A program made the position numbers and the translations under genes. A DNA stretch of 64,000 nucleotides from the NCBI RefSeq assembly GCF_963921235.1, contig NC_086108.1, positions 103,976,001 to 104,040,000 on the forward strand. The letters are read 5' to 3'. The notes below the pieces were generated by a model. That model made no database searches and had not been told where the DNA came from. It was given only the letters and a program-made list of their open reading frames with translations. This stretch comes from Mobula hypostoma. Lineage: Eukaryota. Shown one piece after another: positions 41,201 through 51,369 of the stretch (positions are counted from its first letter, which is position 1; the number at the start of each line of letters is the position of its first letter).

Positions 41201-44200
41201 CTCAACATCACATCCCTGCTCCTATACTCTATTCCTCTAGAAATGAATGCCAACATTGCATTCGCCTTCTTCACCACCAACTCAACCTGGAGATTAACCT
41301 TAAGGGTATCCTGTATGAGGACTCCCAAGTCCTGTTGCATCTCAGAACTTTGAATTCTCTCCCCATTTAAATAATAGTCTGCCCGTTTATTTATTTTGCC
41401 AAAGTGCATAACCATATACTTTCCAACATTGTATTTCATTTGCCACTTCTTTGCCCATTCTTCCAATCTATACAAATCTCTCTGCAGACTCTGTTTCCTC
41501 AGCACTACCGGCCCCTCCATCTATCTTCATATCGTCAGCAAACTTAGCCACAAAGCCAACTATTCATGGGCTCTTATCTTGTTAAGCAGCTTCATGTGTG
41601 GCACCTTGTCAAAAGCCTTCTGAAAATCCAAATATACAACATCCACTGCATCTCCCTTGTCTAGCCTACTTGTAATTTCCTCAAAAAATTGTAATAGGTT
41701 TGTCAGGCAGGATTTTCCTTTAAGGAATCCATGCTGAGTTCTGCCTATCTTGTCATATGCCTCCAGGTACTCTGTAACCTGATCCCTGACAATCGACTCC
41801 AACAACTTTCCAACCACCGATGTCAAGTTAACAGGTCTACAATTTCCTTTTTGCTTCCTTGCCCCTTTCTTAAATAGCGGAGTGACATTTGCAATCTTCT
41901 AGTCCTCCGGAACCATGCCAGAATCTATCGACTTTTGAAAGATCATCGCTAATGCCTCCGCAATCTCCACAGCTACTTCCTTCAGAACATGAGGGTGCAT
42001 TCCATCTGGTCCGGGATATAGGCCACTCCATCATGGTTAAAGCAATCCTACCACTGAGCACATTTTCATGAAGCGCTGTCGTAGGAAACCAGCATCCATC
42101 ATCAGGGACCCCTGCCACGAGGTTCATCAGGCTCTTGAATCAGCGGGGATAATTTCACTTACCCCATCACAGAACTGTTCCCACAAACTATGGACTTACT
42201 TTCAAGGACTCTTCATCTCATGTTCAATATTTACTATTCTTTTTGTATTTGCACAGTTCGTTTGTCTTTTTCATACTAGTTGTCCAACAAGCTGGTGCGG
42301 CCTTTCATTCATTCTACATGGTTACTGGATTTATTATGTATGCACCACAAGAAAATGAACCTAAAGGTTAAATACGATGACATATATGCACTTTGATAAA
42401 AAAAAATTACTTTGAACTTTGACATTTTGGATTGAAGTACGAGACACTGAACAGTCAGCTATTTTCTCTTTTAAATGTTCCATTTTCAGGTAAATTGTTA
42501 AGACCATAAAGAGTACCCATTGGTGAAGTAATAAAAGAATCTCTTAGAGTTTTTAATTTTCCTACTCTATGCAGTTTTATATTTATTTAGTGATACAGCG
42601 TAGAATAGGCCCTCCCAGCTCCTCAAACTATATTGCCTCAGCAATCACACAACCCAGATTAACCCTAATCAGAGGACAATTAATGTACCCGGTATGCCTT
42701 TGAACTGTTCAAACTGGAGCACCCGAGGAAAATCCACACATTCCAATGAGAGGATGTACAGAAACTTCTTACAGAGGGCATCGGAATCGAACTCTAGCGG
42801 CCTGAGGCTGTAATAACGTTGCACTAATTGTTACTGTGGCACCTACTGCTACAAATTATTTGAAGTTGCTACTCTTAAAACCTCAAATGAAAAGTTTGTA
42901 GGAAAGTTCCAACATAAAGTGCACATCATTTTTTGAAAGTTTGTATTACTTAAGACTTTTCTTCATGTGGTTAAAATATTAGATGTTAAATGGTTCAAAA
43001 TTCGGATGCTTAATGCTATACCTATAAACCTGAACGAAGTACAATTAATGAGCACAATGCAAAAGCAAAAATCTATGATTAATGATCAAGAATATGGAGA
43101 TGCATCAGTACAGCGAGCGATCACTTAAGATGTCTGTCCCACAAGTGGCACGTGGAAAGAACACAGAATTGAGACCTGGAGCAGATCAGTTTTGATCCCA
43201 TGGCATGCAAACTTGAGATGATGTTAGCTACACAAGCACCAATTTTCTTGTGTCTTGTATTCTTATTGCTAAGATATCCAATGGGGCAAATACCTCAGCT
43301 ACAAGAATATCTACTTTTTAGACATATGGATGCCAAGTCAGTTTCAAAAGCAGCAGCACACACAAACTACTGGAGGAACCCAGCAGACCAGACAGCATCT
43401 ATGGAAAAGAGCACAGTCAATGTCTCAGCCCGAAACATCGACTGTACTCTTTTCCATAGATGCTGCCTGGCCTGTTGAGTTCCTCTAGCAGTTTGTGTGT
43501 GTTGCTTGGATTTCCAGCATCTACAGATTTTCTCGTTTTCAAAAGAAGCATCCCTGTTTAAGTGATGGATTTAAAAAATTCTAGAATGGGTACTGTGCTT
43601 GCATTATTAGAAACTAAATTCATGTCAATTTTCAGAAATACCTGATTATTTAGTCAAAGAAGAAATGCTAAAGCTGGCTCAACCCTGCCTCTAACAAATT
43701 CAGCAGTGAACCAAACCATATGTAATGCTGCTGGAATACTGAAGTTTAGCTCTAACTCATCTCATCATTGAAGTTTCTGGGCTTCTATTGTTTCATTTCA
43801 GTCTGCTTGCATCTTGTTTTCCCCCCACTTGAAGGGGTTATAGGCAAAAGTTCATCTTGCAAGTACGATTTGTTTCATTGTATTAGTTTCCACATTGCCG
43901 TAAGGTATGACATGGAACCAAGGGCTGAAAAAACAAATTACAATTCTACAGTTGTATTTTTAAAATATTGTGCCTTTTCAACATTTCAATTGCTCTTTCA
44001 TCAACTATTCTAGCTCTGTAAATATATTTGCTTTGGTGCAAGCAGTACTTAATGCTAAGTCTACATATATAACAATAACCTGTGCATTGTGTTTTATAGG
44101 ATTGCTTTTATATTTATAGTTTTTTAAAAATTGTGTTCTTTATGTTTGTTGTGTTTTTTGTGCTGCATTGAACCTGGCGAATCATTTTGCGCTCCTTTAC

Positions 44201-45653
44201 ACACATGTACTGATGAATTTCAAATAATCTTGAATGTAACTTCCTTCTCAACCAAAAAAGCTCTTCTATTGTCATCCTTTCTTACCATTTTAAGTAACAA
44301 TGGAAACTTGCGTGCCATTGATAATCAAGGTGTTGCAAAGTATGAAATCTGACCCTTAAAGTTAGCGTTTACGACTACAGTCGTATTTCAAGATCGTGTT
44401 TTATTCCACTACATGTACAAGAAAAAACGAACAAAGAAGAAATGAGAAATGAGTGGCGGCACGAACAATCTGAAGGATCTCAGGTTTAGCAGCATCTATG
44501 AGTAAAAGGAAACGTCAACATTTGAAATGAAACACTACATCAGGACTGATGATCATTTTTATTAAATCTAAATACTAGTAAATTTGGAATGCTTTACTTC
44601 TTTTCAAAAGAACGGATGAACTTTTTTCCCCCCCATAAACACCCATCACATGTAATTGTGCAAGTAGGAGGGATTCGTTTTGGCGTTTTTTTAATTTACT
44701 TTTTAGCTGGTTCGGCACAACACTGTGGGCCGAAGAGCTTGTCCCAGTACTATGATCTTAAGAATAGATGGGATCTACGAATCTCACGAGACGATACAGC
44801 CCAGTTAAGTGTTTTCCCCAAAAGTATTTTCAAATCTGCAGCAATAAGTCCAATGATAAAAGCTGCCTTCAAATCAATCACAGCTGGCATATCTGAAGTG
44901 AAAAGGGGCAGGAAAACATACACAATTCCCTTCATAAAATCACTCAGCTGCAACAGCACAAAAGAAAAAGTTACAGGCGCGGGATGGGGGTGGATGTGAT
45001 CAATCCCTGGGCTGCAAAGTTTTTGTGTATGCTGGTGGGAGTCCTGAGCAGAGTTTATTCACGCTATGATCGTCATTGGACGGTCGTGCCTGCCTTTGCT
45101 GTGTAGGTGGCGGTGTTCCGAGAGGGATTTGCCTCTTTTGAGAGCGCGGCTGTAGCATATGGCGCCCAGGGACATCGCACAACGAGGGGAAGGTGTGCTA
45201 TAAGGCAAGACTCTGGCCTCCACCTACGACAAGGAAACTTAAGTATGAACGGGCGGCCTGGGCCTCGTCTATTGTTCGGAGGACCGAGGCCCAGACCCTG
45301 ATCCTATCCCCAACTCACCACCACCTGGCCTAAAGGCCTAAGGAGGGGCAACCCGCCTCAAGGCTCATGCCTTTCCCACTCCCCTCTCCTACCTGCCTCG
45401 CCCTCTGAAGGGCGTCGGCGAAGGCATCATTTTTGAAGCCGCCTCCTCCTCCACCAGCGCCGCCGGGTCCTCCTCCTCCTGTACCCCCGGCTGCACCGGC
45501 ACCCGTGCCGCCGCCACCACCTCCTCCTCCAGCGCCGCTTCCTCCACCTCCACCAGCGCCTCCTCCAGCTCCACCGGCACCACCACCACCACCTGCTCCT
45601 CCTCCGCCAGCCGTTAACGCGTTAGGCGGCGCCACTGCGGAGTATTCGGCCAT
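17233..45653 (-). CDS. FUBP1: Far upstream element-binding protein 1, spliced CDS of 21 exons (2178 nt, 725 aa): join complement(45393-45653, 39082-39175, 34543-34578, 33070-33106, 29411-29460, 28023-28094, 26669-26726, 26280-26442, 26087-26185, 25894-26001, 25560-25662, 25361-25461, 25042-25189, 22798-22958, 20091-20251, 19915-19994, 18797-18922, 18394-18474, 17865-17936, 17622-17779, 17233-17241)
   Basis: All junctions are GT-AG and phases add up to one open frame. Motifs: [38 protein letters not shown], four KH GxxG loops (IIGRGGE, VIGKGGE, VIGRSGE, IIGKGGE), AWxxYY repeats and C-terminal PPQGQ*. The N-terminal motif and the head-to-head position next to DNAJB4 favour FUBP1 over KHSRP/FUBP3. 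Confidence 0.95.
17622..17779 (-). CDS. FUBP1: FUBP1 exon 20 ([52 protein letters not shown]), Tyr repeat 4
   Basis: Acceptor ttgttccag|; donor CAG|gtaaat; 158 nt. Confidence 0.95.
17865..17936 (-). CDS. FUBP1: FUBP1 exon 19 ([24 protein letters not shown]), Tyr repeat 3, symmetric cassette candidate
   Basis: Acceptor gtgtag|; donor A|gtatgt; 72 nt, phase 1-1. Confidence 0.88.
18394..18474 (-). CDS. FUBP1: FUBP1 exon 18 ([27 protein letters not shown]), Tyr repeat 2
   Basis: Tandem acceptor cagcag|; donor G|gtaatt; 81 nt. Confidence 0.92.
   Translation of the reverse strand: MIQTSQLLLQILRPIIPRPGKNITRN
18797..18922 (-). CDS. FUBP1: FUBP1 exon 17 ([21 protein letters not shown]...), Tyr repeat 1
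   Basis: Acceptor ttgtag|; donor G|gtaaat; 126 nt. Confidence 0.93.
18990..19490. mobile_element. Non-autonomous Tc1-like element (MITE), same family as 51370-51928
   Basis: End motif cagtggccactttatt; internal sequence shared with the 51.4-51.9 kb copy (ccacatgattggctgatta..atttgcattaatga). Confidence 0.65.
19915..19994 (-). CDS. FUBP1: FUBP1 exon 16 ([26 protein letters not shown])
   Basis: Acceptor ctctgcag|; donor |gtaaga; 80 nt. Confidence 0.93.
20091..20251 (-). CDS. FUBP1: FUBP1 exon 15, Pro/Gly-rich linker ([19 protein letters not shown]...[19 protein letters not shown])
   Basis: Acceptor tatttag|; donor |gtaagt; 161 nt. Confidence 0.93.
21442..22624 (+). mobile_element. Non-autonomous hAT (Charlie/Buster-like) DNA transposon with transposase C-terminal remnant and an internal CR1 fragment
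   Basis: TIRs cagcggtccccaacc / ggttggggactcctg; 8-bp TSD ccctaatg / ccctaacg; remnant [34 protein letters not shown] (hAT dimerisation region). Confidence 0.85.
22798..22958 (-). CDS. FUBP1: FUBP1 exon 14 ([54 protein letters not shown]), KH4
   Basis: Acceptor ttcag|; donor GGG|gtaagt; 161 nt. Confidence 0.95.
25042..25189 (-). CDS. FUBP1: FUBP1 exon 13 ([49 protein letters not shown]), RG repeat and start of KH4
   Basis: Acceptor cttgcag|; donor AAG|gtaagc; 148 nt. Confidence 0.95.
25361..25461 (-). CDS. FUBP1: FUBP1 exon 12 ([34 protein letters not shown])
   Basis: Acceptor ctcaag|; donor GAG|gttagc; 101 nt. Confidence 0.93.
25560..25662 (-). CDS. FUBP1: FUBP1 exon 11 ([34 protein letters not shown]), KH3
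   Basis: Acceptor ttttag|; donor G|gtgaat; 103 nt. Confidence 0.95.
25894..26001 (-). CDS. FUBP1: FUBP1 exon 10 ([36 protein letters not shown])
   Basis: Acceptor tttgcag|; donor |gtaagt; 108 nt. Confidence 0.93.
26087..26185 (-). CDS. FUBP1: FUBP1 exon 9 ([33 protein letters not shown])
   Basis: Acceptor atag|; donor CAG|gtaggt; 99 nt. Confidence 0.95.
26280..26442 (-). CDS. FUBP1: FUBP1 exon 8 ([14 protein letters not shown]...[15 protein letters not shown]), end of KH1 and start of KH2
   Basis: Acceptor ttctag|; donor CAG|gtaaga; 163 nt. Confidence 0.95.
26669..26726 (-). CDS. FUBP1: FUBP1 exon 7 ([20 protein letters not shown])
   Basis: Acceptor tttcag|; donor |gtaagt; 58 nt. Confidence 0.93.
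28023..28094 (-). CDS. FUBP1: FUBP1 exon 6 ([24 protein letters not shown]), KH1
   Basis: Acceptor ttttag|; donor |gtaaga; 72 nt. Confidence 0.95.
29411..29460 (-). CDS. FUBP1: FUBP1 exon 5 ([16 protein letters not shown]), start of KH1
   Basis: Acceptor caaag|; donor |gtaagt; 50 nt. Confidence 0.92.
29559..31023 (-). mobile_element. Tc1/mariner element with ~200-bp TIRs and a decayed transposase
   Basis: Inverted ends (gtgaaccctgtagaatt..gcataaatatgacc / ggtcatatttatgc..agggttcac); ORF pieces [14 protein letters not shown] and [18 protein letters not shown]. Confidence 0.85.
31027..31350 (+). mobile_element. CR1 3'-end fragment (same subfamily as 46420-46780)
   Basis: Near-identical reverse complement of the 46.4-46.7 kb copy; tail gggccgaagggcctgt..ttctatgtt. 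Confidence 0.8.
31600..32610. mobile_element. Penelope-like element remnants (GIY-YIG endonuclease region)
   Basis: tcacaatgtggtctcctctacatagaagaaaccaaa = [12 protein letters not shown] (YIG motif) on the plus strand; a weaker inverted copy near 31780-31850; Penelope-type terminal repeat near 32510-32610. Confidence 0.5.
33070..33106 (-). CDS. FUBP1: FUBP1 exon 4 ([13 protein letters not shown])
   Basis: Acceptor ttctttcttcaag|; donor CG|gtaggt; 37 nt. Confidence 0.88.
34543..34578 (-). CDS. FUBP1: FUBP1 exon 3 ([12 protein letters not shown])
   Basis: Acceptor ttttgcag|; donor |gtaagt; 36 nt. Confidence 0.92.
36080..38672 (+). mobile_element. Tc1 element (same TIR family as 29559-31023), 5'-truncated, with its right TIR interrupted by a nested Tc1
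   Basis: [49 protein letters not shown] halves at ~36900-37048 and 38619-38672. Confidence 0.8.
37049..38618 (-). mobile_element. Near full-length Tc1 (DD34E) transposon, ~210-bp IR/DR-type TIRs, TA target duplication, frameshifted transposase
   Basis: TA|caaaccccatttccagaaaagttggga ... tcccaacttttcttgaaatggggtttg|[34 protein letters not shown] with 34 residues between D and E. Confidence 0.92.
39082..39175 (-). CDS. FUBP1: FUBP1 exon 2 ([31 protein letters not shown])
   Basis: Acceptor cacag|ATT; donor G|gtgagt; 94 nt. Confidence 0.95.
39935..42420 (+). mobile_element. Rex1/Babar-type LINE 3' part, split by a CR1 insertion
   Basis: [33 protein letters not shown]; host resumes at 42014; tail tttgaactttga. 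Confidence 0.78.
40625..42013 (-). mobile_element. CR1 LINE RT/3' end, relatively young, with an internal deletion
   Basis: ORFs 41560-41826 ([27 protein letters not shown]) and 40714-41520 (268 aa); putative TSD ggataca/ggatata. Confidence 0.9.
42590..42845 (-). mobile_element. Degenerate V-SINE/HE1-like SINE
   Basis: Reverse complement of the V-domain (gtggatttcctcgggtgctccagttt). Confidence 0.5.
43353..43535. repeat. Palindromic repeat unit, probably a Penelope-like terminal repeat (related copies near 3490-3605, 47420-47530, 63900-64000)
   Basis: ~70-bp imperfect inverted arms, 43353-43423 and 43434-43505. Confidence 0.7.
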
Positions 45654-45900
45654 GTGTGAGCGGTGAGTGTGTGAAGAAGGATGACGAACTGCTGCTGATT
45701 GCTACCGCCGGCACACGGAACCTGCCGCAAAATGGCCGCCTCACCGTGGCCCGCCTGAGCAGAGGAGGAGGCGGCGGCGGCCAACTCTCGCGAGACCTCA
45801 GCCGGCAGCAGTTTCGCGCCTCCATGTGGGGGCGGGGTTTGGGGGCAAATCTCGCGATGCCATGCCGCGACAGCGTGGGTTCAGTGGTTCGGGGGTTCAG
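45240..45900. promoter_or_regulatory. CpG island / FUBP1 promoter: TCTCGCGAGA palindrome (45786-45795), TCTCGCGATG (45850-45859), E2F site TTTCGCGC (45812-45819), GC box (45829-45837), YY1-like AAAATGGCCG (45729-45738)
   Basis: Sharp rise in GC and CpG content around exon 1; motifs read directly from the sequence. Confidence 0.75.
45393..45653 (-). CDS. FUBP1: FUBP1 coding exon 1 ([10 protein letters not shown], Gly-rich tract, [12 protein letters not shown])
   Basis: ATG at 45653; donor CAG|gtagga; phase 0. Confidence 0.95.
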
Positions 45901-46419
45901 ATCCTTCCTCGGGACAGGAGAGGAGGAAGGGAGGGTGGGGAAAGGAAGGTTAGAGTTTCTGTTGCACCCTCACATTCTTCCAAAGGGTTTCATTGACCCT
46001 TGAGACAGCCTTTTAAAACTTAGGAAAAATGTATGGGAAGCAAAGATCCCATACGTCAGTGATATATTCATCTGGAAACCTCTTTTAATATCAACACCCA
46101 TTTTATCCACAAGTCCATACTGTGTTTGATTTGCCATCAAATTGGTAGCTTGCTGCACAAAAGGACAAAGGTTTCAAAGTCCAAGTCCAATTTATTGTTA
46201 TACGCACAAGTATCACAGGTGCATAGCGTTAGATAACCCTCATTAAAAGGAAAATATAAATTATACAAAGAATTTAAAAAATAGTTTTATTCATTATGTA
46301 CACAGAAAACCCAGTGAAATGCATTGTGTCAATGACTAACACGGTCTTGAGTATACTATTGGCAGCCTGCTAGTGTTGCCAAACTTCTGGCATCAACAGA
46401 GTATGCCCACAACTTATAG

Positions 46420-46780
46420 AACATAGAATAGTACAGCACAGTACAGGCCCTTCGGCCCACAATGTTGTGCCGACCTTAAACCCTGCCTCCCATATAACCC
46501 CCCCCACCTTAAATTCCTCCATATTACCTGTCTAGTAGCCTCTTAAATTTCACTAGTGTATCTACCTCCATCGCTGACTCAGGCAGTGCACTCCATGCAC
46601 CAACCACTCTCTGAGTTAAAAACCTTCCTCTAATATCCCCCTTGAACTTCCCACCCCTTACCTTAAAGCCATGTCCTCTTGTACTGAGCAGTGGTGCCCT
46701 GGGGAAGAGGCGCTGGCTGTCCACTCTATATATTCACCTTAATGTCTTGTATACCTCTATCATGTCTCCTCTCATCCTAT
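46420..46780 (-). mobile_element. CR1 3'-end fragment
   Basis: [49 protein letters not shown]. Confidence 0.82.
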
Positions 46781-46955
46781 TAACCCTAATAATCCATCTT
46801 TGGAATGTGGGAGGAAACATGAGCGCCTGGAGGAAACCGACATAGTCACAGGGAAAGTGTACAAACTTTACAGCCAGTGGAAGGAATTGAACCTCTGTCT
46901 TTAGATCACTGGCACTGTAAAGCTTTACGCTGCCCACTACCCTACTATGCTGCCC
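46780..46955 (-). mobile_element. V-SINE/HE1-like SINE
   Basis: tRNA-like head and V-domain on the minus strand (gtttgtacactttccctgtgactatgtcggtttcctccagg). Confidence 0.55.
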
Positions 46956-48159
46956 AAATTTAACAAGAAAGAACACAGGGCAAAGAAATGTCCATTTTAC
47001 TCAGTGATGAAAATGGTCATAGGGTTGCTAAATTAGTGATTGGGGTACTGCCCATTGGGTCAACAAATGAATGCTTGAAGGGAAATGGGATTTCTTGAAT
47101 CTTGTAGGTGTGGGATTTAAGGCCTTTGTACCACCTGCCTGATGGTAGCTGTGAGAAGATGGCAGGGATTGGATGCTGGGCATCTTTGATAGATGTTGGT
47201 GAGCCCAGCAGGGCAGAGGCAGTAATATGGAATGAGGGATAAGTATGTTGTCCTACCCTCGCCATTAACGTGCTGTGATCTATGAACTGTACATGATCAT
47301 AAATCCCTTTGAATTCCTACAGTTATAAATATTTACCTATTTCCACAATTGTGGATCATTTCACTCTTACACTCTATCTACCAATGTTCCATCTATCTCA
47401 GTTAACTGATAGACAGTTTCTTTGTTATCTTCAGATCCAGATGGAGAGTCTTGACCTGAAGCGTTGTCTGTCCATTTCCCTCCATAGATGCTGCCAGACT
47501 CACTGAGTTCTTCCAGCACTTTCTGTGTTGCCTCCCATACCTCCTTTGCTCATTTTTCCTGTTAACTATATTGTCAGCAAACATGAATGTACATTTGGCC
47601 TAGTCAGACTTATCCACTTGAAGATGGTTACAAGTACAGCATCACTGAGGTTTCCCTTCTTTTCCCCAGATGTGAATGATAAGGCTGTGGATTTGTGACT
47701 GAATTTCTTCACTAATTTATTTAAAAAATAAGAAAGGAAACCATCTGCGACTAAGATCTTGTTATATTTTAGTTATGGTCGTATCATCTTTTTGTTGGAG
47801 AAGGTAGTTTGAAAGGCTGACCTGGATAGGCTGGATCAAGTGAGCTTACATCAAAGGCAGAATTGCATTTGAGGAGGATTTCAAGATTGTTTATTGTCAT
47901 TCTTCAATACATTTCACAACCATGGACTTTGCCACGGGGTCTAGGTGCCCTCACAGGCGGGCTGCGGAATGGGATAAACAATCATACTCATGAGTATTCA
48001 TGTTCCAGCCAATTAGTGTTTCATTGTGGTGGTATTTAACTCCCTTCCTCTCATATCAGTCTTGTCAATTCTTGAGCAAAAGCACAGAAGCGTCAGTGCT
48101 CCTCCTGGGAAACAAGACTACCGTTTAGATTGATGCTGCAAAGGAGCAGTATTTATTAA

Positions 48160-49030
48160 GAACATAAGATATAGAAGCAGAATTAGGCCAATTGGCCCAT
48201 CAAGTCTGCTCTGACATTTCTTCATGGCTGATTCATTTTCCCTCTCAGCCCAAATCTCCTGCCTCTCCTCTGTATCCCTTAATGTCCTGACCAATGAAGA
48301 ATCTATCAACCTCTGTCTTAAGTATACAGTACATAAAGACTGGACCTCCAAAGTCGCCTCTGGCAAAGAATTCCACAGATTCACCTAGATGACCCAATGG
48401 TGGCTAACTAGAGAAGTCAAAGCCAAAGAGAGGGCCCGTAATAGAGCAAAAATTAGTGGGAAGTTAGTGGGACGCTTTCAAGTGCAATGTTGAGACTTTA
48501 TAAAGAACTGGTGAGGCCTCACTTGGAGTATTGTGAGTAGTTTTGGACCCCTTATCGTAGAAAGTATGTGGTGAAATTGGAGAGGATTCAAAGGAGGTTC
48601 ATGAAAATGATTCCAGGATTAAATGGCTTGTCATACGAAGAGCATTTGATGGCTTTGGGTCTGTATTCACTGGAATTTAGAAGAATGAGGGGTGACCTAA
48701 TTGAAACCTATCAAATGGTGAAAGGCCTTGATGGAGAGGATGCTTCCTGTGGTGGGAGTGTCTAAGACCAGAGGACACAGCCTCAAAATAGAGGGACGTC
48801 CTTTTAGAATGGAGATAAGAAGGCATTTGAAAGCTTCCCTATCCTCTAACTTCCCACTAATTTTTGTTCTATTATGGGCCCTCTCTTTGGCTTTGAATTC
48901 TCTAGTTAGCCACCATTGTGTCATCTTGCCTTTAGAATACTTCTTCCTCTTTGGGATGCACATATCCTTTGCCTTCCAAGTTGCTTCCAGAAAATCCACC
49001 CATTGCCATTCTGCTGTTATCCCCGCCGGT
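48160..49030. mobile_element. Rearranged CR1 copy with an internally inverted segment
   Basis: 3' end on minus (48160-48385), RT segment on plus (48485-48822), linker region on minus (48823-49030). Confidence 0.75.
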
Positions 49031-49039
49031 GTTTTTTTT

Positions 49040-50940
49040 CCAATCAATCCTGGTCAACAACAAGCCCTGGATCACCAGTGACCTGTAAGAACTTTTGGAT
49101 ATGAAGAAGAAAGCCTTCAGGTCCGGAGATAGACAAGTACCGAGGTGAGTCCATTCGTTGGATAGGGCCAACGGTTTGAACTTGTTTTTCAATAGGTTCA
49201 GCATGGGACCTCCTGCTGTCCCCTCCCCCAGTTGCCCAAACCACACACCCTCCCTGCTCTGAAAGCCTCTCCCTCCCCTCTGGTGAGTGCTTGTGTTTCA
49301 GCCCCCCCCCCCAACTTTGGAGTATCCTGCCTCCATGGGGATGACTGCTCTCCCCCACCTGACTATGACTGCAGATCAGATTAAGAGACAGCTGGAGAGA
49401 CTACATCAAGGCAAGGCTGCTGGACCGGACGGTATCCCCAGGGTACTGAAAGCCTGTACGAGCCAGCGTCTGGTATTTTGCAGCACCTTTACAATCAGAG
49501 TCTGAGTCAGGAAAAGAAACCGATGCTATGGAAGACTTCCTGCTTGGTTCCTGTACCCAAGAACGCGTCTCCATCTGAGCAATGACTACAGACCAATTGC
49601 CCTCACACCTCACGTGATGAAGGTGCTGGAGAGGCTGGGCCTGACCTGCCTTGGACCACAGGTGGGTGAGATCTTCATTGGACCCTTTACAGTTTGCCTA
49701 CCAACCTCATGTGGGAGTGGATGATTCCATCATCTACCTTTCGCAGCAAGCTCACTCCACCTGAATGATGCTGGTGGCATTGTGAGAATCATATTTTTTG
49801 ATTTCCCTCATGCCTTCAAAACAATCCAGCCACTTCTTCTGAGTGAGAAGCTGCAAAGAATGGGCATAGACAAATCCACTATCTCCTGGATTACTGTCTA
49901 CCTGACAGATAGAGCCCAGTTTGTACAGCTCTGTGTCTGAGATGGTGATGAGTGACACTGGAGCCCCACAAGGGACTGTCCTGTCTCCGCTTCTGTGCAG
50001 ACTGTACACCTCAGACTTTCAGTACAAATCTGAGTCTTGTCACTTGCAGAAGTTCTCTGATAATTCTGCGGTGGTTGGGTGTATCAGAGGAATCGGAGTA
50101 CAGAGGACTGGTGGACAAGTTTATGGAGTGGTGCGGGAGGAATCACCAGCTGCTGAATAGGGCTAAACCCAGGGAGATGGTGATTGATTTTAGGAGGAAG
50201 AGGACAGTCCTGTATACATTCAGGGAGAAGAAGTTGCAGTGGTGGAGGAGTACAAATACTTGGGTGTTCACCTCCACAACAGACTTGACTGGAAAACCAA
50301 CACCAGGGCTGTTTACAAGAAGGGGATGAGCAGACTCCATTCCTAAGGAAGTTGAGATCCTTCAATGTTTGCAGCAGGATGCTGGAGATCTTTTACCAGT
50401 CTGTTGTAGTGAGTATAGTCTTCTTTGCTGCTTTATATTGGGGAAGCAGCATTGGTGCTAGTGATGCAAAACGACTAAATAAACTCATCAAAAAGGCTGG
50501 ATCTGTCCTTGGCTACAACCCGGACTCTTTTGAGTTAGTGGTGGAGAGGAGGTCACTAATCAAACTGTTATCCATTATGGACAATCTGGCACATCCTCTC
50601 CATTACCTACTGAATAGGCAGTGGAGAACCCTTTCAAATGGACTCATTCAGCTCCACTGTCACAAGGATCATTACAGAAAATCTTTCCTACCAAATGCAA
50701 TAAGCACATACAACAGTTCATCTCTGTGCGATAGGAGAACACACGTCATAGTACAACAGTCTCTGTTTTATTATTTCGTACATTATTACGCATAGTATTG
50801 CTCATTATTGCACATTGATAAATTATTATTGTGTATATTATTATTCTGTACTTGATTATTATTGCTAAGTGTATTTTTAAATGCTGCTGTAAAGAAATAA
50901 TTTCCAACTCGGGATCAATAAAGTACTTACTATTATAATT
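49040..50940 (+). mobile_element. Rex1/Babar-type LINE, RT and 3' end, frameshifted
   Basis: KAAGPDGIPRVLKAC, DPLQFAYQ, TGAPQGTVLSPLL..QKFSD, LEIFYQSVV..; aataaa and tta-rich tail. Confidence 0.85.
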
Positions 50941-51369
50941 ATTATAGCCTTTAATGTCCTTACTAATCAACATCCCCTTTAACTATACCCAGTGACTTGA
51001 CCTTCATAGCTGACCGTGGCAATGAATTCCACAGATTCAACATCATCTGGCTAAAGAAATTCCTTCTCATCTCTGTTCAAAAGGAACACCATATGTGACA
51101 TTGTGTGTAGCTGTGATTGTCAAGCGTACAGAGGAGATCCACCAGATTGTTGCCGGGATAGATTATCTCAATTAATACAAGAGATTAGATAAACTATTTT
51201 TGTTTTCCTTGGAGCAGAGAAGACTGAGTGACAACAGTGGATAAAATACAGGTAGCAGTAGATTTTTCCCCTTAGTAGAGTTATCTGTTACCGGAGGGCA
51301 TAAGTTTAAGGACTAAAAGGTTTAGAAGTTCTATTTGTGTGCTTTTAGGGTGAAATATGTATGTTACAA

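Noticed and set aside
40714..41520. 268-aa ORF as a host or domesticated gene
   Set aside because: It is the C-terminal part of CR1 ORF2 with an upstream deletion and a normal LINE tail.
17233..45653. Assignment as KHSRP (four Tyr repeats, long Gly-rich N-terminus, DAFADA)
   Set aside because: [14 protein letters not shown], the PQHPPA..GQ* ending and adjacency to DNAJB4 fit FUBP1 better.
45433..45666. Plus-strand poly-proline ORF (77 aa)
   Set aside because: Antisense shadow of the Gly-rich FUBP1 exon 1.
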